Source of the DNA: Planctomycetales bacterium
GTDB taxonomy: Bacteria; 4484-113; JAFGCY01
Assembly: GCA_022646745.1 (NCBI GenBank)
Contig: CP060262.1
Coordinates: 3,930,001-3,962,000, forward strand
Reading direction: 5' to 3'
DNA length: 32,000 nucleotides
A program made the position numbers and the translations under genes. The stretch's first letter is position 1, and every line of letters begins with the position of its first letter. The notes below the pieces were generated by a model, which saw nothing but the letters and a program-made list of their open reading frames with translations, made no database searches and was not told the DNA's origin. Below are positions 16,664 through 24,200 of this stretch, in pieces.

Positions 16664-19600
16664 ATGCGAACTGGTACTGCAGGCCATAAAAGAATGTGGC
16701 CAATTGTCGTGCTCGCCCTTGCATTGAGTGCCTGCGGCGGCAACATGGGTTCGGGCATTGTCCCTGGACCGGCACAGATAAGAAATGAAACCGCACCGGT
16801 CTATCGCAATGCGATTGGCGAATCCGAAATCGGCACACTGAATGACTGGCAGCGAGCGCTGCTTGCCGACCCAGGCTGGAATGAAGCCCCTGCTCCGGTT
16901 GAGCGGGATGGGTTTAACGCGCTGCCTGCTCCGAGCACTGAACTGCTATTGGAGCTGCTCCAGCAGCAGGCAGTTGCAGGCATAGATCAAGCTGGATTCG
17001 TGCGTGGCACTTCCGCGCTTGACCCGGTTCCGGTCGGCGCGTACAAGCCTGGCGATGTTGATGTTAATGGCATTCCCGCTTTCGGCTGCAATGCCGACCC
17101 GGCAATGATCGACATTTACCACATTGAGGATGTGATTGGCAATTACAGCCTGGATGCTGATCTGCAATTGCAGTCACCAGTTGGTTACGTTATGTATGGC
17201 GTACCTACAGTCAACCATTTCAACAAGCATGGAGACTCAGCCTCGATTCCGGCTGCCATTTCACAGGTGCTGGCCCAGCAGGACGACCAGTCCCAGAACA
17301 TTGCGATCAGCAGCATTGCTTATCTCGCTGCGCAGGATTTCTCCGTCTCACCCGGTGAGGGCAGTGGCCCTGGAGGCCCGAATGACTGCGGCCTGGCGGC
17401 ATACAGTATCCGCAATGCCTACTGGATGAGCTGGAATGAGAAATCCTTCGCTCTGCCTTCGGGCCAGACCACTGCGCTATTCAACATTTTGCCTGGTCCG
17501 TTGGATGAAGCACAGACCGGGCTAACCAACCCCATCACTTCCACCACGGCGGGCCAGCAGCCCTTCCTGTTCGGTTCCTGGATCGAGCATTATGGCAAGT
17601 CCTACATCGTCGGCATAGAATCTGCCAACAGCGGTTGCCAGATGTTCGATGACATTGCCAACACCGAATGGCGCCACAGGGTGATCGGTGGCGACCAGCC
17701 CTACCCGAACATCCTGCACAACCCGCTGTACGGCATCCTTGCGGAACGCTGGCAGCAGTCAGCCATTCCGGATACGGAGGAATGGAACAGCCAGCTCGGC
17801 TGGCCCGTGGCCCGTCCCTTTGCCTACAACAATGGAGCGCAGCTGCTCAGTGCGGACGGCCCCTACTATGCATTTGGACAGTTCTTCGAGCGGGGATTCA
17901 TCTGGTGGCTGGACTACGACCAGCAGGCCAATCCGACAGCAAGCGACCGGGCAATCCTCTACACTTTCGATGGCAGCAACACATTCTGCGATGGCACGTT
18001 TACGCGCAGCTACCCTTACCTGCATTACAACAATCAAGCAAGTGCCCCGCTTGCCGCTGACCTGCTGGTGGACCAGTATCTCGCGGGTGGCTCCGACTGG
18101 CGCCAGATCAGCCAGCAGCCTGATGGCCGCCTGCTGCGGGTTCCCTGGACTGACGAGGGAGCCAGCCAGCGCAGTGCCACTGTCCGCGCCCTTGCCAACC
18201 CCAGTGGAGGGGTGACCATCAACGGTGACGACATCGGCCATCCGGAATGGGGCAAGGGCCTGTACCGCAGCTGCACATGGCTGTGGCAGGATGGCACTGT
18301 CACCCCTGCCGGCATGGATTACGACCCGGCGCAGTTTGACATGCAGCACACCTACCTTGGCGACGGAGCTGGCATTGAAGCCATCCGCCGCATCAGGGCG
18401 CAGGTGGTGGATGCCGACGGCAACATCGCCTATGTGGACAGCCTGCCGCTGCAGATCGGCGACGGCAGCCCGGGGGCCGCCCCGGCACTGAGCGTGCTGC
18501 GGGCTGACAACGGCATGTTCCCGGATGGCTACGAAGCCCTGATTGATGATCTCGGTGAACTCGGCCTGCCCTTCAGCACCCGCAGCTGGGAAGCGGGTAT
18601 CGAACAGCAACTCGCAGACGAGGGCTGCCAGCTGGCAATCTGGTACGACGGCGGACCGGGCAGCCAGGCTGAACTTGGAAACACACAGGCCGGCTGGACC
18701 GCTGGGGAAAGGGACTCACTGATCGGCCTGCTGGAGAAGGGCATTGACGTGCTGCTGCTCAGCCAGGATGTCGCTGACAACCCGGACCCCAACCCGGGAA
18801 ACTCATGGACAGACCGCTTCGGTATGCAGCTGCTGCCCGGCGGCCAGTCCGGCACCGGCCTGCAGGGTGCATGGGGGCAGTTGCCCGGTGGCCGGATTGC
18901 CGATTTCGGCGGCGGATGGCTTCCCTCGTCCGCCCAGTACATGTCTGCCGCTTCACTGGCTTCGCTCGAGGCGATCTGTGGCGCCGTGGAACGCGGCTCC
19001 GCCGATGATGGTACCCAGCCGATGCTTGTGTCAGTCGACCCCGCCCTGCCCGTCTGCGGCATTGGCAGCGCCACCAACTGGCCGGGAGCCAGCCCCGCAT
19101 TCACTGCGGGCAGCTTCCTGTCTTCAACATCCACAGGTCCGGCCCAGGCCCTGCTGAGCTGGGGCAGCAGCGCAGCTCCGCATTCCATTGATGGCAACCT
19201 GCCTGACCCGGTCATCGCCGATGGCAATGCGCACCTGTGGGTCTATGGCCTCAGCTGGGCAGCCAGCTCTCCCGTAGGCTACCAGGGCAGCGATCGCGTG
19301 CCCGTTGCCAGGAGCAGGATGCTTCAGAATATCCTGAGCTGGCTGGACAATGATTCCCGCTACTTTGACCCGCTGCGACCACGTGGCTATTCAGGTGAGC
19401 CGGAAATCCTCTCGGTCACGCCATACCTGATCCAGTCAGACGGGCAGATCACTCCCGGCTCGACTTCACATACTGGAGTTGACTATCCGGACCCGAGCGG
19501 CAGCGATGTGCTGCGCAGCAGCCCCAACCTGCCGGATGAGAAGCACCTCGTTGTCAGTCCGGAGCATGACTCGGATGAGGACGGCATCAATGCCAATGAC

Positions 19601-20761
19601 CTTGACCTGCAGTTCCCCTTCTACGCCTACATCACCTGGGATGACAGCAAGGGGCAGGCAAACGGCGTGATCGAACCTGAAGAGATCCTCGACATCAGCT
19701 ATGGCGGCCTGCTGCTGAAGGACGATATTGACTGGCAACGGGCCAATCCCAATGCCGGCAATTATGTCCAGCCGAGCCAGCTCAACATTCAGCGTCCAGT
19801 GGCCGGTTACTACCTGTCATTCACGGGCGACAGCGGCGATGAGCTGCGCGCTTCCTATGGCTCTGCAGCGCCGCAACTTGTTACAACTCAGTACAGGCCA
19901 AAGCTGCTTGTGGAGGCAGTTGCCCACTGGCCGGCAGATGCAGCCTACGGTGGCCAGACACCAGTGCTGCGCTGGAGTATGTTCCCTGGCCATAAGGTCC
20001 AGTCTCGCAACTACATCACCGGCACCAGCTGGGTTGATGGATATGCCGGTGAATCCCCCATCCCCTGGGGCTTCTTTGTCGGAACGAACGATATCGACCC
20101 CGGCATGAAGAATTTCAGCGATGCAGATGTACTTCGCCTGCATGGAGATTTCAGCCATGTCGGCGATGGCAATGGCCGCAGCATGCTGTTTGATTACGCT
20201 ACGGTACTGGCCTTTGACGGTGACCTGGATGATGACAATGCTGCCGGCACGGCAGACAAGATTCCGATTCGTGTCCGCCTGATCACTGATTACGAAGCAT
20301 ATGGCAAGTATGCAGCTGAGGGCGGGACCTGGCCTGACCAGTTCCCCCCGGCGGACAGCTTCATTGAAGGAGGCTGCTATGTATCCCTTGCGGGCAAGGG
20401 CAACAGCTGCATGGTTGTGATGGACAATCCGGAGAAGTACGATCCCCATGAGCTGATTACCAAGGATGAAGATGGCCAGTATAGATTTGACGTCGAACTG
20501 CACTTCATCGTCGACTGCGCACCCGGACCGCTGGATGTTGATTTGGACTGGAATTACGATGGAATTGCATGGGGCAACTCCGGAAACACGCAGTATGTAG
20601 GCGTTTTCCCAGTCGAAGGCGAACTTGATGAAACAGTGAATGTGGATTTCACACCGGCAGGTGGACCTGGTACCTACTATTTCTCAATCAAGGTTTCTGA
20701 TGGTTCCGTACCTTCCCAAACTGCAACCTACACCTGGCCGGTTCCAGTTGTAATAGAGTAG
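16664..20761 (+). CDS. giant surface/periplasmic lipoprotein A (about 1365 aa), unrecognised family with an LGFP-like motif and PKD/Ig-like segments
   Basis: The track ORF starts at TTG 16649. ATG 16664 gives MRTGTAGHKRMWPIVVLALALSACGG, a lipobox LSAC. It is colinear with the 21206 product along its whole length; conserved blocks are listed in the findings. GWPVARPF...YAFGQFFERGFIWW resembles an LGFP repeat. Confidence 0.7.
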   Translation: MRTGTAGHKRMWPIVVLALALSACGGNMGSGIVPGPAQIRNETAPVYRNAIGESEIGTLNDWQRALLADPGWNEAPAPVERDGFNALPAPSTELLLELLQQQAVAGIDQAGFVRGTSALDPVPVGAYKPGDVDVNGIPAFGCNADPAMIDIYHIEDVIGNYSLDADLQLQSPVGYVMYGVPTVNHFNKHGDSASIPAAISQVLAQQDDQSQNIAISSIAYLAAQDFSVSPGEGSGPGGPNDCGLAAYSIRNAYWMSWNEKSFALPSGQTTALFNILPGPLDEAQTGLTNPITSTTAGQQPFLFGSWIEHYGKSYIVGIESANSGCQMFDDIANTEWRHRVIGGDQPYPNILHNPLYGILAERWQQSAIPDTEEWNSQLGWPVARPFAYNNGAQLLSADGPYYAFGQFFERGFIWWLDYDQQANPTASDRAILYTFDGSNTFCDGTFTRSYPYLHYNNQASAPLAADLLVDQYLAGGSDWRQISQQPDGRLLRVPWTDEGASQRSATVRALANPSGGVTINGDDIGHPEWGKGLYRSCTWLWQDGTVTPAGMDYDPAQFDMQHTYLGDGAGIEAIRRIRAQVVDADGNIAYVDSLPLQIGDGSPGAAPALSVLRADNGMFPDGYEALIDDLGELGLPFSTRSWEAGIEQQLADEGCQLAIWYDGGPGSQAELGNTQAGWTAGERDSLIGLLEKGIDVLLLSQDVADNPDPNPGNSWTDRFGMQLLPGGQSGTGLQGAWGQLPGGRIADFGGGWLPSSAQYMSAASLASLEAICGAVERGSADDGTQPMLVSVDPALPVCGIGSATNWPGASPAFTAGSFLSSTSTGPAQALLSWGSSAAPHSIDGNLPDPVIADGNAHLWVYGLSWAASSPVGYQGSDRVPVARSRMLQNILSWLDNDSRYFDPLRPRGYSGEPEILSVTPYLIQSDGQITPGSTSHTGVDYPDPSGSDVLRSSPNLPDEKHLVVSPEHDSDEDGINANDLDLQFPFYAYITWDDSKGQANGVIEPEEILDISYGGLLLKDDIDWQRANPNAGNYVQPSQLNIQRPVAGYYLSFTGDSGDELRASYGSAAPQLVTTQYRPKLLVEAVAHWPADAAYGGQTPVLRWSMFPGHKVQSRNYITGTSWVDGYAGESPIPWGFFVGTNDIDPGMKNFSDADVLRLHGDFSHVGDGNGRSMLFDYATVLAFDGDLDDDNAAGTADKIPIRVRLITDYEAYGKYAAEGGTWPDQFPPADSFIEGGCYVSLAGKGNSCMVVMDNPEKYDPHELITKDEDGQYRFDVELHFIVDCAPGPLDVDLDWNYDGIAWGNSGNTQYVGVFPVEGELDETVNVDFTPAGGPGTYYFSIKVSDGSVPSQTATYTWPVPVVIE

Positions 20762-20770
20762 CAACCTACC

Positions 20771-20812
20771 AATCATATCAGTTTCACGGGATCTCGTGAA
20801 ACTGATATGATT
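20771..20812. terminator. perfect 18-bp AT-rich inverted repeat (hairpin) 10 nt after the stop of lipoprotein A; possible terminator or attenuator without a canonical U-tract
   Basis: aatcatatcagtttcacg (20771-20788), loop ggatct, cgtgaaactgatatgatt (20795-20812). The arms are exact reverse complements. The hairpin is followed by aaaggtactt rather than a T-run. Confidence 0.4.
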
Positions 20813-20820
20813 AAAGGTAC

Positions 20821-20849
20821 TTGAAATTTGATTAATGTGTACGTATACT
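20821..20849 (+). promoter_or_regulatory. candidate sigma70-type promoter for lipoprotein B
   Basis: TTGAAA (20821-20826), 17-nt spacer, TATACT (20844-20849), in an AT-rich island directly after the hairpin. It would give a leader of about 350 nt to ATG 21206. Confidence 0.4.
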
Positions 20850-21205
20850 GTTTCCATAGCTTCGGCTGCGCTCTGGGAGCCAGCTGGAAGACACGCGCAA
20901 TTGAGGAAGTAGGAATTGCTTGATCAGCATTCGAACTTTCGGATCACAGGGGCTGCTGTGAACCTCGCAGTCCTTTGCGCGCATATTTACTACCCCGGCA
21001 CCGCATGCAATTGCCGTGCTGCGACACATGCTTCCCAGTACTCCGGCCGTCCTGGACCGGTCGAGATAATCCGGCTGAAACATACTGCATGAGGAGGTAT
21101 CTGATGTCCAGTCGTGGCAGCAGTGTTGCCACTCGAAACCCTGCCTACCGGGCGGGTCAATTGCGCTTATTAATTATTTCCATACCAACATCTATAGGAG
21201 TTATC

Positions 21206-24200
21206 ATGAAGACTCATGTGAACTGGTGTAAGCATCTCGGGCTAACGCTTGTGGCGCTTACGGTAGTCTTCGTAGCAGCTTCCTGCGGTGGTAGTGGTAG
21301 CAACGGGCTCACTTCAAATGTTGAGCTGGGAACTACCACTTCTGTTGCCCCGGGCAATGATGTCCGCGGCAATGTTTCCGCTGAGATGACCGTCTCTGAG
21401 AACGAGATCGGCCAGCTCAGTGCGGAGCAGCAGGCTCTGCTTTCAGACGCGGGCTGGAACCAGCCCTACATCGTCCCCAAGGCCGGCACCCCGATCCAGG
21501 GCCCGAGCCATGAGATGCTGATGGCACAGCTTCGTGAGATGGCTGAGCGCGGCGTCGAGATGCTGCCCCGCGGCGTCGAGGGAGAAGGCACGAAGGGAGC
21601 CAGCTGGCTTGACCAGCGCGGCTTCAACCCGGGTGTTGACAGTGGCCTTGTGAAGGGCCAGTACAAGCCCGCCGACACCGGCGCCAACGGCGTGCCGGAC
21701 TTCGGTTGCAACGCCTCCGGTGCACTGATGGCTGACAACGGCCAGTCCGACATCGAGGACGTGATCTTCGCCTACGGCGGCAGCATGCCGGCCCAGGCGA
21801 TCAGCTGGGTGGCTGAGGGTCTTTCGACCATCAACCACTTCAACAGCGTCGGTGGAGGTGGTGACGATGCGTACACCGCCGTTTACCAGCTGTTCGCTGA
21901 CAGCGAGACCGCGAACCCGAACAACCAGGGCAACAATGACATCGGTGAGATCGGCTACCGTGCCGACCTCGGCCCATATGGCGTCGGTTACGGCCAGGGC
22001 AGCGGCCCCAGCGGCACGCTGTGCGACGGAACCGCCTACGGTGTCCGCAATGCGTTCTGGATGACCTTCAACGAGAAGTTCTTCGCCCTGCCGAGCGGCC
22101 AGGCGACTGCCCTGTACAACGTGCTGATCGCCCCCAGCGGTGATGAGGGTGCGGACCAGGTCAGCCCGATGGACACCTCCGCGAACTTCCAGACCTTCTA
22201 CTTTGGCAACGTGTCCTCCTGCTATGGGGATGCGATGATCGTCGGCATCAACGCCGCTGACAGCGGTTGCGACATGTTCGACGAGGCCTCCAATGCGCCG
22301 TGGCAGGACCGTACGGCGGATGGCAACAGCTACCCGAACATCCTGCACAACCCGATCTTCGGCGTGATCCTGGCCCGCTGGGCCGGCGGCAACGCCAACT
22401 CGGACAGCCAGTTCTTCGGCGACGGCAGCTTCCCGAGTGCGGCAAGCATCGTCGGCTGGCCCGTGGCCCGTCCGTTCGCATACAACAACGGCGCCGCGCT
22501 GCTCAATGCCAACGGTGCCTACTACGCCTTCGGCCAGTTCTTCGAGAAGGGTTTCATGTGGTGGATCGACTACGACCAGAACAGCAACCCGACCGCGAGC
22601 GACGAAGCGCAGATGTACGTCTACGATGGCAACAACACCTTCTGCGAGGGTGAGTACTCCAAGGTCGAGCCCGACGTGTTCTACGGCGGCAGCGGCGACC
22701 TCGGTGTCGGCGTGACCGTGGACGGCGTGCGCTACGGTGCCGGCGACTGGTCCGCCCCGCAGCTGTCCGACGACGGTACCTATTACCAGATCGGCATGCT
22801 GCTGGACGAGAACACCGGCATCAGCAGCGTGACCATCGCTGCCAGCGCGCACGGCTTCGGCGGTGTGACGGCTGATGGCCTTGACATCGAGCACCCCGAG
22901 TGGGGCGCCTGCCTGTACAAGCACAGCACATGGTCATGGCGTGACGGTACGGTCACGGCAGCCGGCACGGCTTTCGATCCGAGCCAGTTCGCCCGTACCC
23001 ACACCTACAGCAGCAATGCGATCAAGACCAATGTCGAGGGTGTGTACACGATCCGTAACCAGGTCGTGGACGCCGATGACAACATCGCCTACGGTGACAG
23101 CCTTCCGATGCACCTCGGACACGGCGGCGCCGGTGGTGGCGGTGGCGACACCGAAGTCTGGGTCATCCGCAACGACGGCGGTGACTTCCAGCTCAACCTC
23201 GACGCCCTGACCGGCGACCTTGACGCCCTTGGCGTTGGCTACAGCGTGGTCGACTACAGCGCAACCGTCGCTGACGACTTCGCCGCCAACCCGAACGCGA
23301 AGGTCGCGATCTGGTACCGTGGTGGACCGGGTGGCGCGGGTGAGTCCGCGACCTACACCACCGCCTGGACCAGCGGTGAGATGGACAACTACATCCAGCT
23401 GATGAGCGACGGCTTCGGCGTGATGCTGATGAGCCAGAACCACGGCTACGATGGAGACCTGTTCTTCACCAACGGCTGGAGTGGCATCTACGGTTATGCG
23501 ACCCTGCCGGCCTCCGTCCCGGATGCCGACCGCCGCATGCCCTGGGCCTCCAGCCTGTGCACCGATGACGGTATCGGTTTCGGTGGTTCGCTTGGTTTCA
23601 TCCCGACCGCCCCGAGCAACTTCATCGGTAACCCGAGCGGCGCTAACTTCGGTGCCGACGGTACCAACGCCGCGGAGCGCTACACCGGTAGTGGTTCCTC
23701 GGGTGAGCTGCCGATCAGCTTCGGCATGGCAACCGGCCGCCAGTACTGCGGTATCGGTTACTACAGCTCCTTCTTCGCGGGCTCCTGCGCAGGTCCGGCC
23801 TTCCGTGCCGGTATCGGCCACCAGCCCAACGCGCTTGGCTTCGACCTGGGCTTCCTGTCCTGGGGTAACAGCCAGGCCCCGGATGCCAACATCGGCTTCT
23901 TCCCGAGCTACAGCCACAGCTTCGGCACCGGCAAGGTGTGGAACGTTGGCTACAGCTGGGCAGGCACCAGTGTGACGGCTTCCGCTTCCGGCACGATGGA
24001 CCGCGCCGACCTGCTGAACAACATCCTCGGTTGGCTGGATGACAGCCTGACCTTCGGTGGTGGCGGCGGCGGTGGCGCCGGCTTCGAGGAGTACGATGGT
24101 CCTCCGGAGATCGTCTGCGTGACCCCGATCGCCTGGGACAAGGTGAACGGCGCCGTGACGCAGGGTACCGCCGGTGTGGGTGGCCAGAACTACCCCGACC

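Noticed and set aside
20975-21205. N-terminal extension of the 1750-aa track ORF (MRAYLLPRHRMQLPCCDTC...)
   Set aside because: This is an open frame through the intergenic leader with no SD at 20975. The lipoprotein signal peptide begins at ATG 21206, which has an AGGAG. ATG 21104 is kept as a possible alternative start in the findings.
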